A stretch of DNA of 32,149 bases from a virus (lineage: Duplodnaviria > Heunggongvirae > Uroviricota > Caudoviricetes), in the IMG/VR virus record IMGVR_UViG_3300025000_000058. One strand, written 5' to 3'. The notes beneath the pieces were generated by a model. That model ran no database searches. It was not told the origin of the DNA and saw only the letters and a program-made list of their open reading frames with translations. Made by a program: the position numbers and the translations under genes. How positions within the stretch are numbered: position 1 is the first letter of the stretch; each line of letters opens with the position of its first letter. Shown here one piece after another: positions 6,797 through 16,861 of this stretch.

Positions 6797-8419
6797 GTGT
6801 CAAAAGATTTAGATAATAAAATAAATATTCCTATCATGTTTCAAAAAATACAAAACTATGAAGTAGAAGATACAAGGTTTACTAAAGTGAAAATATGGTT
6901 AATGCATATTGGGAAAAATCTAAATAATAGTTATTTTGAAAAATCTGTAGTTGAAGAAGCAATACCTAGTTTAGCAAACACTCCCATACTTGGATATATA
7001 GAAGATAATTCTGAAGGAGAAATTGATTTCTCTGACCACAGGAATATATTAGTAAAAGAAAATGGTAAATATTCGCTAAAATATATTGGCAATATTTATG
7101 GGGTTATACCAGAAACTAATAACGCTAAATTTGAATTAAGATTATGTGATGATGGCATAGAAAGAGAATTTTTAACTGTTGAAGGACTTATATGGGAAAA
7201 ACAAGATGAACCTATAGAAATACTTAATAGAGATAAAATTTTGAAAGAATCAATGGAAATACATGATAATTATGAAGGTTTTATAGATGAAACAGATAAT
7301 TGTTATTATTTTAGCAAATTTACATTCTTTGGTGCTTGTATATTAGGAAAAGATTATCATCCAGCAATGATGAATGCTACAGTGGAAACAGAATTTACTA
7401 TTAAAGATGTAATAAAAGAAACTCAAATGAGAATGGAACAATTTAAGCAATTTCAAAAAAATCAAATGTCATTTGAAAATAATAATGATAATGATATAAA
7501 TAATCAAGAAGGAGGTAATAATGTGGAAAATAAATTAGCATTAATTGCTAAGTATCAGTTTACAGTAGATATGTTAACTGAAAAAAATATTAGTTCTGAG
7601 CAATTAGAACAATATACTGTAGAAGAGTTAGAAGCGAAATTAATAGAGTTTACTACTGAAGAACCAGAAGTGCCTGCCCAAGATTTTGCCTTAAATGGGC
7701 AAATAAGACAAGAAATTCAAGCCGAATTAAGTAAAATAAAAATAAAAGATGATTGGGGTTATGAATATTCTCGTTATTGGTATTATGATCATGATGAAAA
7801 TACTGTATTCGTTGAAGATAAACAAGATAAGTGGAGACTTTATGGTATGTCTTATAGTATGAGTGGTGATAAACCAGTAATAGATTTTACGAGTGCCAAA
7901 AGAAAGAAAATTGAAATTGTAGATTTTATTGATGGCACTACAGAAAATGATGTTATATTAATTCCTCAAACATTTGCAGAATTACAATTACAAAATCAGA
8001 AATCAACAATTGAATCTGCATTTGCACAAGAAAAAGAAGATATATTAAAAGAATACCAAGTAAAAGTAGATGAAGTAAATGAAAAATATTCTGTATTAGA
8101 AAAAGATACTTTAGAATTAAAAGAATTTAAATTAAAATCTTTGGCAAAAGAAAGAGAAACTAAAGAAAATGTATTATTTTCACAATTTACAACTCAGTTA
8201 ACTGAAGATGAAATTAAAGTATTTAAAGAAAAAGCTAATGAATTTACAATCGAAGATTTAGAAAATCAATTATATGTTTTAGTTGGTAAAAAAGCTACAA
8301 GTTTTAGTTTAAATAGTAATGATGATAATAAGCAAGGTACATTAAGAGTGCCATTCATTAACAACGATGAAAAAATTGATGATGGCTATGGTGGATTATT
8401 GTCAAAAGTAAAAAGATAA
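6797..8419 (+). CDS. Prohead protease/scaffold fusion
   Basis: Lies between portal and capsid genes. N-terminal globular domain (HIGKNLNNS, DFSDH, FFGACILG), then a linker and an acidic coiled-coil scaffold-like C-terminus. SD GGAGGGAG (6781-6788) favours the GTG at 6797. Confidence 0.75.
   Translation: MSKDLDNKINIPIMFQKIQNYEVEDTRFTKVKIWLMHIGKNLNNSYFEKSVVEEAIPSLANTPILGYIEDNSEGEIDFSDHRNILVKENGKYSLKYIGNIYGVIPETNNAKFELRLCDDGIEREFLTVEGLIWEKQDEPIEILNRDKILKESMEIHDNYEGFIDETDNCYYFSKFTFFGACILGKDYHPAMMNATVETEFTIKDVIKETQMRMEQFKQFQKNQMSFENNNDNDINNQEGGNNVENKLALIAKYQFTVDMLTEKNISSEQLEQYTVEELEAKLIEFTTEEPEVPAQDFALNGQIRQEIQAELSKIKIKDDWGYEYSRYWYYDHDENTVFVEDKQDKWRLYGMSYSMSGDKPVIDFTSAKRKKIEIVDFIDGTTENDVILIPQTFAELQLQNQKSTIESAFAQEKEDILKEYQVKVDEVNEKYSVLEKDTLELKEFKLKSLAKERETKENVLFSQFTTQLTEDEIKVFKEKANEFTIEDLENQLYVLVGKKATSFSLNSNDDNKQGTLRVPFINNDEKIDDGYGGLLSKVKR
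7523..8419 (+). CDS. Nested in-frame scaffold protein (internal start)
   Basis: Perfect SD AAGGAGGT at 7509-7516, 6-nt spacer, in-frame GTG at 7523 at the boundary between the protease domain and the coiled-coil region. Confidence 0.65.
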   Translation: MENKLALIAKYQFTVDMLTEKNISSEQLEQYTVEELEAKLIEFTTEEPEVPAQDFALNGQIRQEIQAELSKIKIKDDWGYEYSRYWYYDHDENTVFVEDKQDKWRLYGMSYSMSGDKPVIDFTSAKRKKIEIVDFIDGTTENDVILIPQTFAELQLQNQKSTIESAFAQEKEDILKEYQVKVDEVNEKYSVLEKDTLELKEFKLKSLAKERETKENVLFSQFTTQLTEDEIKVFKEKANEFTIEDLENQLYVLVGKKATSFSLNSNDDNKQGTLRVPFINNDEKIDDGYGGLLSKVKR

Positions 8420-8450
8420 TTTAAATGTAATAAAAGGAGAGTGATATAAT

Positions 8451-9507
8451 ATCATACTTGATACTCATGTAAAAATAACATGGAATGCAAAAAAATAAAG
8501 CACATTATATAGAATGTGGATATATATTTACAAAAATTGGTGAAGTATTTGAAATTGATATTAAACATATCACTAAAGGTAGTTACGCAATAATTAGAGT
8601 ACAATGTGATTATTGTGGTACAATAATTGAAAAAGAATACTATAAATATTTAAAAAATAAAAATATAGTAAATAAAGATAGTTGTAGTAATTGTATAAGT
8701 AAGAAGATAAAAGAAAGCAATATGATTACTTATGGGGTAGAAAGTGTTTTACAATTGAAAGAAGTAAAAAATAAATCGAAAATAAAAAGTTTAGAAAAAT
8801 ATGGAACACAATATCCTGCACAAAGCAATAAAATAAAAGAAAAAATAAGAAAAACAAATATAAGTAAATATGGAGTTGAAGTACCAGCAAAAAATAAAAC
8901 TATAGCTGAAAAAATAAAAAATACTTGTATAGAAAAATATGGATGTATATGCCCATCAAAAAACAAAAATGTTCAAAATAAAATAAAACAAACTAATATT
9001 AAAAGATATGGTGTAAATTGCCCTTCAAAAAACAAAGAAATAAAAGAAAAAATAAAACAAACAAATTTAAAGAGACATGGGGTAGAATATCCAACGCAAA
9101 ATAAAAATATACAAGATAAAATAAGACAATCATTCTATAAAAATAATAGTGGTAAAATTTCAACACAACAATTAGAAATATATAATATGTTATTAAATAA
9201 TAAATATAATGTTAAATTAAATTATCCAATAAATAATTTAAGTTTAGATATAGGATTATTTGTTGATAATTATAAAATTGATATTGAATATGATGGAGTA
9301 TATTGGCATCAAGATGAACAGAAAGATAGACGTAGAGATGAATTCTTAAAAAGTGAAGGATGGAAAATATTAAGAATTAAAAGTAATAGAAAAATGCCAA
9401 CATTAGAACAACTTATTGAAGGAATAAATAAACTAATAAAAACAACAAGAACATTTACACAGATTGAATTAGAAGATGTAAAAAATATATTAAAAGAAAG
9501 TATTTAA
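8451..9507 (+). pseudogene. Free-standing homing-endonuclease-like gene (Zn-ribbon, 23-aa repeats, Vsr/DUF559-type PD-(D/E)xK domain) with an apparent frameshift near the 5' end
   Basis: C-terminal DIEYDGVYWH..D..RD.FL...GWKILRI motif and CDYC..CSNC. SD AAGGAGAGTGA precedes ATC at 8451, which reads ILDTHVKITWNAKK-stop. Removing one A from the A7 run (8489-8495) joins it to NKAHYIECGY of ORF 8485..9507. Confidence 0.65.
8731..9144 (+). repeat. Six 69-bp (23-aa) coding repeats
   Basis: YG/HG codons at 8731, 8800, 8869, 8938, 9007 and 9076. Consensus (K/R)YG...P..N..I..KIK.T. Confidence 0.9.
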
Positions 9508-9545
9508 AATTTAAAAATATTAATTATATTAGGAGGTTATATATA

Positions 9546-10124
9546 ATGGCTTATGGTGTAGTGAGGATTGACAAGGTAAAATCAACCTATGTCGGGCATT
9601 TAGAATCAATGCAATTTACTGGTACAGTAACAACTACAATATTTCCACAAGGTAAAATTGAGAATGGTATGATTTGTAATAAAGGAGCTTTAGTTACAGG
9701 TGAAAGAGAAATTCGTACATTAGAAGTTCCTGCAACAGCAACATTAGGAACAGAATCTATATATTTAATTGCTGTTCCTGAGATTAATTACACTCAATAC
9801 AAAAAGACTGATGCATCATTACAAAATTTTGCAAGTGATACTGACGAAGTTGTAAGAACATATACTTTAGAACAAGATGATATTTTTTCTGTTTCAGCAA
9901 ATATGATTACAGCTTTAGCTAACGATACTCCAGTTGTAGGAAATTATGTTATTGCTGCAAATGGTGTTTTAAAATTAAAAGAATCAGCAAGTATTGTAGG
10001 TACAGAAAAGTTTGTTGGCAAAATTATTTCTAAAGAAACTCTTGGAACAACTACATATATTGGTGGAGCTGGAGCTATTGTTCGTCCAATTACTTTATAT
10101 GCAATTGAAGTTGTTAAAAACTAA
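9546..10124 (+). CDS. Putative capsid decoration/stabilising protein
   Basis: AGGAGGT SD, 192 aa, beta-rich (IENGM, lambda gpD-like position) directly before the major capsid gene. Confidence 0.6.
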   Translation: MAYGVVRIDKVKSTYVGHLESMQFTGTVTTTIFPQGKIENGMICNKGALVTGEREIRTLEVPATATLGTESIYLIAVPEINYTQYKKTDASLQNFASDTDEVVRTYTLEQDDIFSVSANMITALANDTPVVGNYVIAANGVLKLKESASIVGTEKFVGKIISKETLGTTTYIGGAGAIVRPITLYAIEVVKN

Positions 10125-10164
10125 TTGAAAAGTTAAAATATTAAATTATAGGAGGTAATATTAA

Positions 10165-11169
10165 ATGTCTGAAGCTGTAAAGCAAAATTTAATTAAGTTA
10201 TGTATTGATGCTTCAAAAAATCGTGTGCAAAATTATACAGCACAACAAACATCTGAAGCAATCAGAGATGCATTTATGAGTTTAATGGGTACTGATAAAC
10301 CAAATCAGAGACAATTTAGAAAACATGCACCTGATATTTTTGAAATTATTGAAGTAATTTTAGAACAAGTTGTTGTAGACAATTTAGCTAATAATCCTTT
10401 CTTTGAGCAGTTTGTAGAATATCGTGATTTAAATCTTGGTGATACAAATGAGTTTTATGTTGAAGATAAAACAATGCTTACTGTTAGTAAAGTCGCTAGA
10501 GGTACTTGGGATTTACGTAGGCAGAAATTAGATATTGGTGACAGTTTTACTGTTAAAACATCTACTTATGGTATTAAATTGTATTCTGATTTTCTAAGAG
10601 TTATGGCAGGTAGAATGGATTGGAATGCTTTTGTAGCAAAAGTAGAACAAGCATTAAAAAATAAAATGGCAGAAGAAATTTATACAAACTTTATGTCTAC
10701 AATTGATTATTTACCAACAGAATTCAAGAAAACAGGTACATTAGATGAAGATGTATTAATGGAAATTGTAGACCACGTATCTGTAGCAAGTGGTAATAGT
10801 CCAGTTACCATTGCTGGCACAAAAACAGCATTGAAAAAATTAACTGGTACTGTAACTGATTATTGGTCTGATAGTATGAAAGACGAAAAATATAATACTG
10901 GTGCGTTAAAAATGTGGGAAGGTATTCCATTATTAGTAATTCCGCAAATTCATACTGCAAATACTTTTAACTTTGCAATTAGCAATACAAGATTAATTGT
11001 ATTGCCTGCAAGTAAACCAATTAAAATCGTTAGAGAAGGGCAAAGTTTAATTAAAGAAACTACAGCAGGAACAGAAAATATGGATATGTCTGTAGAATAT
11101 ACATATCTTACTAATTACGGTATTGCTGTGATCTTTAACATACTATATGGAATGTATGAAATGGCTTAA
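10165..11169 (+). CDS. Major capsid protein
   Basis: AGGAGGT SD, 334 aa, HK97-fold-type features (FEIIE, FVEYRDLNLGD E-loop region, I.GT..AL), followed by a hairpin. Confidence 0.85.
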   Translation: MSEAVKQNLIKLCIDASKNRVQNYTAQQTSEAIRDAFMSLMGTDKPNQRQFRKHAPDIFEIIEVILEQVVVDNLANNPFFEQFVEYRDLNLGDTNEFYVEDKTMLTVSKVARGTWDLRRQKLDIGDSFTVKTSTYGIKLYSDFLRVMAGRMDWNAFVAKVEQALKNKMAEEIYTNFMSTIDYLPTEFKKTGTLDEDVLMEIVDHVSVASGNSPVTIAGTKTALKKLTGTVTDYWSDSMKDEKYNTGALKMWEGIPLLVIPQIHTANTFNFAISNTRLIVLPASKPIKIVREGQSLIKETTAGTENMDMSVEYTYLTNYGIAVIFNILYGMYEMA

Positions 11170-11174
11170 ATAAA

Positions 11175-11199
11175 AATAGGAGAAATAACTTCTCCTATT
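11175..11199 (+). terminator. Hairpin or attenuating terminator after the capsid gene
   Basis: AATAGGAGAA-ATAAC-TTCTCCTATT with an interrupted U-tract. Confidence 0.55.
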
Positions 11200-11238
11200 C
11201 TATCTTATTATTAGGAATAAAAGGAGGTCATTTAATTA

Positions 11239-11829
11239 ATGGCAATTATAAAAAAAGAAAAAGAAGTAAAAGATAAAGATGCAACAGAAAATGCAACACA
11301 AGAAGAAGTAAAAAAGGAAGTAATAATAGAAGAAGTAGAAGAAATTAAAGTCCCAAAGAAAAAAACAAGATCACAATTTGACAGGAATGAAATGGTAACT
11401 TGTAAGTGTATGGTTAAAGGTGGACTAATATATAAATCTAAAAAGAATATTGGTTCAGATACAACATGGGATGATTATGGTTCTGAAGAAGATTTAGATA
11501 TTGGTGAAATAATGACAATTAAAGCATCTGTGCCAAGATTTTTAACTGAACCTTGGTTTAAAATTATGAATAATGATGATTTAGTTGAATATTTAGGTTT
11601 AACTAAAATGTATAACGCTATTTTAGCTGTTGAAGATATTGATATTGTATTTAGTAAAAAACCTGAAGCAATACAGAAATTATTACAAGAAGTGCCTAAA
11701 GGTATGAAAGAATTAATTGTTGATCGTGCTAAACAACTAATAGTAGAAAAAAATTTATATGATTTAAGAGTAATTAATACTCTTGAAAAAGAGTTAAAAG
11801 TAGATTTAAAAATATTTATTGAAGAATAG
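11239..11829 (+). CDS. Conserved phage head-associated hypothetical protein
   Basis: AAGGAGGT SD, 196 aa, charged N-terminus, located directly after the capsid gene. Confidence 0.75.
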   Translation: MAIIKKEKEVKDKDATENATQEEVKKEVIIEEVEEIKVPKKKTRSQFDRNEMVTCKCMVKGGLIYKSKKNIGSDTTWDDYGSEEDLDIGEIMTIKASVPRFLTEPWFKIMNNDDLVEYLGLTKMYNAILAVEDIDIVFSKKPEAIQKLLQEVPKGMKELIVDRAKQLIVEKNLYDLRVINTLEKELKVDLKIFIEE

Positions 11830-11841
11830 GGGGTATAATAA

Positions 11842-12267
11842 ATGACACCCTATAGTAATATATATGCTAGATTTATGAGAAAGATTACAGATTATAATTT
11901 AGCAGAACTGGTACAAGAAACTGCTGAAGAAATTATAAAAGGCTATTTAATTAGCTCAATTGCTAAATATAATAATTGTGAACAAGATTTAAATAACAGA
12001 GATGATGAAGTTGATACATTTAACATTACTTTAACTGAAAAAGAAGAAGAAATATTATCAATTAATATGGTTGTAGAATGGTTAAATCCAAAAATACTTA
12101 CAGATGAAAATATTAAATTATTAATTACTAATAAAAATTGGCAAACTTATTCGCCTGGTAATTTATTAAAAGAGTTGCAAAATGTTAGAAAAACATTTAA
12201 ATCAGAAGTAAATAATTTAATTAATGCTTATATCTCTACTGTTGAAAGGATAAGAGTGTTGAGATGA
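11842..12267 (+). CDS. Putative head-tail adaptor
   Basis: 141-aa helical protein beginning MTPYSNIYARF with EILS..MVVEWL, in the neck position. Confidence 0.6.
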   Translation: MTPYSNIYARFMRKITDYNLAELVQETAEEIIKGYLISSIAKYNNCEQDLNNRDDEVDTFNITLTEKEEEILSINMVVEWLNPKILTDENIKLLITNKNWQTYSPGNLLKELQNVRKTFKSEVNNLINAYISTVERIRVLR

Positions 12268-12569
12268 AAACTAGATATAATAATATGGATTTAAATATCA
12301 ATGTATATTTAGACCAATTAAAAAATCGTGTATATAAAATACTTCCTTTAACAGAAGAGTGTAATACAGGATTGCCAAAGTACTTAGATGCATTATTATG
12401 TGAATTAACAGGTGGAAAAGAATTATTACAAGATTTATCAAATAATTCAAATTATATAAGTTTGTTAATGTCACTAGAATGTTTAAAAAACACTAAAGAA
12501 TTAGTAAAAGTAAAAAGTAAAGTATTTGAATGTATTAGTGTAATTAAAAAAATTCAAGATAGCTTATAA
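12264..12569 (+). CDS. Hypothetical neck-region protein
   Basis: ATGA start/stop overlap with the upstream gene, 101 aa. Confidence 0.7.
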   Translation: MKTRYNNMDLNINVYLDQLKNRVYKILPLTEECNTGLPKYLDALLCELTGGKELLQDLSNNSNYISLLMSLECLKNTKELVKVKSKVFECISVIKKIQDSL

Positions 12570-12583
12570 AAAGGAGGTATAAT

Positions 12584-13804
12584 ATGCCAAATTATTTTGA
12601 TATATATAAACAAAGAGTTGCAGTAAAAGGCACAAATGTAGTTGAAAGTCTTGCAAATGCAACTAAATATATCATAAAAAAAGAATTTAAATACTCTCCT
12701 TTTTATAAACAGGGAATTATAAATGGTGAATCAATAGATGTAAGGATAGTAGAAAATGAAATTAGTACCACAACAAATGAAGGTAAAAGTGATAATCAAA
12801 AACAATTATTATTATTACCTGACACAGTAGTTAAAATTGGAGATATTATTAATATAGAAAATGAAAATTGGTTAGTAATTGATTTTAATAATAATGAAAT
12901 ATTTCCAGAAGCAAAAGTAAACATATGTCATACTAGCTTAAAATATCTTAATGAAAAAGGAGTTATAATTCAAACGTATGGGTTTGTATCAACAAAAAAT
13001 ATATCAAACGATGTAAGTGAAAATAGATATATTATTGTTCCTGATGGATATTTAAAGTATGTTGTACAAAGTAATGCTGATACAGTAAAAATAATTAGAG
13101 ATAAAAGATTTTTGTTAAATGATTCAGCATGGAGAGTTACATTTGTAGATAGAATAACTCAACAAGGTTTAATATATTTAACATTGAAAGAAGAAGAAAT
13201 TAATGAAACTAATGATAATATACAATTAGGTATTGCAGATTACTATAATAATTTACATGGGTATTTTATTGCAATATTAAATGGAACAACTATATCATTA
13301 GACACTACACAAACACTTCAAATTAATGTTCAAGTATTAGATAATGGGTTTATTATGGATAATCCTTCTATAGTATATTCTAGTAGCGATACGGATATAG
13401 CAATAGTATCTTCATCTGGTTTAATTAATTGCAATGCAGTAGGCAATTGTATAATTACTGCTATGTGTAACAACGTAAGTGATAATATAGAATTAAATGT
13501 TGTAGAAATATTACAACATAATTACTCTGTTGAAATACAAGGAAGTACAACATGTACTATAAGTCAACAGCAAGTATATAATGCTATATGGAAAGACAAT
13601 GGCAACGTGATTATAGACAATGCAATAGAATGGTGGTTAACTGCTGATAATGGAATTGATGCAACTAATTTGGCAACAATAACATATTTAAATAATATAT
13701 GTACTATTAAAGCAAATAATAATGCAGGGTATGTAAGATTATATGTTAAAAATGCAAATGAATTGCAAAGTTATCTGAGAATACAGATAAAATCATTGTG
13801 GTAA
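12584..13804 (+). CDS. Putative head-closure protein with C-terminal Ig-like (Big_2-type) domains
   Basis: AAGGAGGT SD. N-terminal beta-barrel-like region (LLPDTVVKIGDII, WLV, WRVTFVD) and C-terminal YSSSDTDIAIVSSSGLI motif typical of Big_2. Confidence 0.65.
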   Translation: MPNYFDIYKQRVAVKGTNVVESLANATKYIIKKEFKYSPFYKQGIINGESIDVRIVENEISTTTNEGKSDNQKQLLLLPDTVVKIGDIINIENENWLVIDFNNNEIFPEAKVNICHTSLKYLNEKGVIIQTYGFVSTKNISNDVSENRYIIVPDGYLKYVVQSNADTVKIIRDKRFLLNDSAWRVTFVDRITQQGLIYLTLKEEEINETNDNIQLGIADYYNNLHGYFIAILNGTTISLDTTQTLQINVQVLDNGFIMDNPSIVYSSSDTDIAIVSSSGLINCNAVGNCIITAMCNNVSDNIELNVVEILQHNYSVEIQGSTTCTISQQQVYNAIWKDNGNVIIDNAIEWWLTADNGIDATNLATITYLNNICTIKANNNAGYVRLYVKNANELQSYLRIQIKSLW

Positions 13805-13819
13805 AGGGGTGGATATATT

Positions 13820-14317
13820 ATTAGTGGTAAGTTTGAAATGCTAGATGAGAATATGACAAATATAATGTTAAAGATGATATCATCTCAAAATTTATGTAAA
13901 TATTTATATTATACTAGCAAAAATCCTTTAATAGAACCAGATATAAAAGATGCAGGAATGTTATTGCTTAATAATATATTCCCCATTCCAAAAATACCAA
14001 CAGTAGAAGAAAATGCTAGTAGTATTATAAATGTAGTATTAGATAATTTTACTTTGCATAAAACAGCATATAAAAATTCTATGATTATATTTAATATAAT
14101 GGTACATATTGATTTATGGTTAATAAACGAGTTAATAAATGATGAAGTAAAAAATAAGATAAGACCATTTAAAATACTTAATGAAATGGACATATTGTTT
14201 AATGGACAAAGAGTATTAGGTATTGGTAAATTGGAAATTAATAATTGTAAATGGCTAATTTATAATGACAAATATTATGGTTATCTACTAAGCTATAATG
14301 TAACAGAATTTAATTGA
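13820..14317 (+). CDS. Putative tail terminator/completion protein
   Basis: Motif RP.KI..E.D..FNG...GIG.L and position before the tail tube. AAGGGGTGG SD (13804-13812) fits an in-frame ATT at 13820 better than the ATG at 13838. Confidence 0.55.
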   Translation: MSGKFEMLDENMTNIMLKMISSQNLCKYLYYTSKNPLIEPDIKDAGMLLLNNIFPIPKIPTVEENASSIINVVLDNFTLHKTAYKNSMIIFNIMVHIDLWLINELINDEVKNKIRPFKILNEMDILFNGQRVLGIGKLEINNCKWLIYNDKYYGYLLSYNVTEFN

Positions 14318-14324
14318 ACGAAAT

Positions 14325-15017
14325 ATGGATATAAATTTAAATAATAAATTAAAGTCATTATTAGCCAAATCAATAAAATTGAATAATTATGAAATAAAAC
14401 CATTAACAATAAATGAAATATGTGAAATTGGAATAGAAAATTATTATAAATATGTTTATATATCAACATGTAAATTGGAAGGTATAGAAGAAGAAGAAGA
14501 TATGTATGATGTATTTTGCTTTATAGAAGAATTTAGGAATATATTTATCGAAGCATCATCTATATTTTTAAAGAATAAGGTTATCTTCAGAAACAAAGAA
14601 GATAACTATTTTTTTTATATTGAGAATGATGAATGTTGTCATATTATAAATAAATTTAATTTTATGGATTATGTAAATACAATAAAATATCAAAATGGAG
14701 TTGGTCAAAATGATGAACCAAAACCATTTAATGATACAGCAAAAGAAATGATGGAAAAATTAAAAAAATTAAGAGCAAAGTACGCAACTAAACAAAATGA
14801 AGAAGAATCAGATATTGTAGATATTATATCTTCAGTATGTTCCAAACATCCTAGTATTAACCTTTTAAATGTTGGGGAATTAACAATACTACAAATAATA
14901 GATAAGTTTAAAAGATTAAATATGATTGATTCATATTATTTAAATTTTGAAGCACTAATGCATGGAGCTTCAGGAGAAGATACACAGCTTAAGCATTGGT
15001 CATCTAAAATAAAATAA
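14325..15017 (+). CDS. Conserved tail-assembly hypothetical protein
   Basis: 230-aa ORF between the putative terminator gene and the tail tube gene. Weak SD. Confidence 0.7.
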   Translation: MDINLNNKLKSLLAKSIKLNNYEIKPLTINEICEIGIENYYKYVYISTCKLEGIEEEEDMYDVFCFIEEFRNIFIEASSIFLKNKVIFRNKEDNYFFYIENDECCHIINKFNFMDYVNTIKYQNGVGQNDEPKPFNDTAKEMMEKLKKLRAKYATKQNEEESDIVDIISSVCSKHPSINLLNVGELTILQIIDKFKRLNMIDSYYLNFEALMHGASGEDTQLKHWSSKIK

Positions 15018-15032
15018 GGGAGGAAATATTGA

Positions 15033-15806
15033 ATGTCAAAACAATTCGCAATTAAAGAAGTGTTAAATTACACTATTTATGACTATGTAACAAAAGCACC
15101 AATAGTTTATACAGATTATGCAACTGATGCAATCGTAGAAACAAAAGCAGAGAGATTAACACTTAGAGGTGGTCAAGGTAATTATACATTAATTGCTATG
15201 GATCACACTAAGGAAACATTATTCAAATCTAAATTGCCTTTGGTTGATTTAGAATTAATTGCTCATTTAACTGGTAAAGCGTTGGCTACTGGTGCTACAC
15301 AAGTACCTAAAAGAGAAGTATTATATGCAAGTGCAAGTAATACAATTACACTATCTCAAACTCCTGTAACTGGAACATTAAAGATTTATTTGCTTACAGA
15401 TACAAGGGATCATGGAACAGAACAAACTGTAGGCACTCCTGGTACAACTCCTAACCAATACTCTATTTCAACTGCAACAGCTACTTTAAATGCCACTACT
15501 GCACCTACTGGCACTGCATTTGTATGCTATTATGATTATATGTCTAGTGCTTCTTCAAGAAAAATTACTCTAACTGCTGATAAATTTCCTGCATTCGTAA
15601 GAATCACAGGTGAAGGTATTATGATTGACCAAGTAACTGCTGTTGCATATCCTGTAGTATTTGATATTAAGAAAGCTAAATCTAAGCCCAATTTTACAGT
15701 TACAACTTCAGCTACATCAGCAACAGAAATTGATTTAGAATTTGATTTATTTGCTGTAGATATTGCTAATGAGAAAGTGTATTTAAATATGACACAAATT
15801 GTGTAA
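15033..15806 (+). CDS. Major tail (tube) protein
   Basis: GGGAGG SD, Thr/Ala-rich beta protein of 257 aa, tail-tube position upstream of the tape measure gene. Confidence 0.75.
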   Translation: MSKQFAIKEVLNYTIYDYVTKAPIVYTDYATDAIVETKAERLTLRGGQGNYTLIAMDHTKETLFKSKLPLVDLELIAHLTGKALATGATQVPKREVLYASASNTITLSQTPVTGTLKIYLLTDTRDHGTEQTVGTPGTTPNQYSISTATATLNATTAPTGTAFVCYYDYMSSASSRKITLTADKFPAFVRITGEGIMIDQVTAVAYPVVFDIKKAKSKPNFTVTTSATSATEIDLEFDLFAVDIANEKVYLNMTQIV

Positions 15807-15832
15807 ATCAATAATAGGATGGTGAGTTTTAA

Positions 15833-16093
15833 ATGATTAAGTTAGCAGGATTAAAAATTAAATATACTCACCCTGCTTCTATTATTGAATTTGATGTAAA
15901 TAAAGTTTATGAAATTAAATATGAAAATAAATACTTTATTATTGGCAATTCAGGTGATAAAGTATTTATGGATTTAGAATTAATAAAAACTTTATTTACT
16001 CCAATTGATAAGAGTTGGGATGAATTAGAAAAAGATGAAGTTAAGGAAGTAGTTATTAAGAAAAAAGAAATTAAAGAAGTAAAAGAATTATAA
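15833..16093 (+). CDS. Hypothetical protein (86 aa)
   Basis: GGATGGTGA SD, followed by a terminator. Confidence 0.7.
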   Translation: MIKLAGLKIKYTHPASIIEFDVNKVYEIKYENKYFIIGNSGDKVFMDLELIKTLFTPIDKSWDELEKDEVKEVVIKKKEIKEVKEL

Positions 16094-16099
16094 ATAATA

Positions 16100-16143
16100 G
16101 GAGCATGTAGAAAATAATAAAACTACATGCTCCTTATTTTTTT
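16100..16143 (+). terminator. Rho-independent terminator
   Basis: GGAGCATGTAG (16100-16110) / CTACATGCTCC (16123-16133) followed by TTATTTTTTT. Confidence 0.85.
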
Positions 16144-16242
16144 AACTATTTATCTATGATAATTATATAAGTAAGTATATTTGTTAGAGATAAGTAGTTA
16201 AACTACTTAAATAAAATTAAAATACAAGGGGGATACTACATA

Positions 16243-16851
16243 ATGAGTATTAAATATGAAGAAATTAAGGAATTGGTTAAAGATGAAATTAACATAGTAA
16301 GATTTGAGAATTTAAAAGAAAAAATTGAAGTAAAATATTATTTACCAATTTTAGAAAAAATTGGTATTATTGAAACAATTGTAGATAGTAGTTTTATTGA
16401 AGATGAAGAAACAAAATTAAAAAGATATAACCCAATAATTAAAGAAGTAATGACAGATTATCTTATAGTAAAGTCATATACTAATTTAATAGAAGATAAC
16501 TTAGAAGAAGATATAAAAAATATATATGATATATTAAAACAGAATTCATTAATAGATTTAGTATACACAGCAATTAATAAAACTGAAGTAGATATGATTA
16601 AAAATTGTGTAGAAGAGCGCATTAAAGAAGAACAAAGATTTATTGAGAATAAAACTAATATGGGATTTATTGTAGAGCAGTTAATTAATAAAATAAAAGA
16701 ATTTAGTAAAGAAGCAATGAGTTTAGTAGGTGAAATAAATGAAAATAAATTGGGATTAATAACAAATTATTTTTCAACTGTGAACAATGATAATGGATTT
16801 ACTGTTAAAGATATATTGAAAAATTTAAAAAATATAATTGAAGTAAAATAG
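16243..16851 (+). CDS. Putative tail assembly chaperone
   Basis: AAGGGGG SD, 202-aa helical protein (YLPILEK, YDIL...LID) between the tube and tape measure genes. Confidence 0.55.
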   Translation: MSIKYEEIKELVKDEINIVRFENLKEKIEVKYYLPILEKIGIIETIVDSSFIEDEETKLKRYNPIIKEVMTDYLIVKSYTNLIEDNLEEDIKNIYDILKQNSLIDLVYTAINKTEVDMIKNCVEERIKEEQRFIENKTNMGFIVEQLINKIKEFSKEAMSLVGEINENKLGLITNYFSTVNNDNGFTVKDILKNLKNIIEVK

Positions 16852-16861
16852 AGGGATTATA

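Noticed and set aside
16824-16841. T TTA AAA slippery heptamer near the end of the putative tail chaperone gene (lambda G/GT-type -1 frameshift)
   Set aside because: The -1 frame hits TGA at 16839-16841, so no extended product can form.
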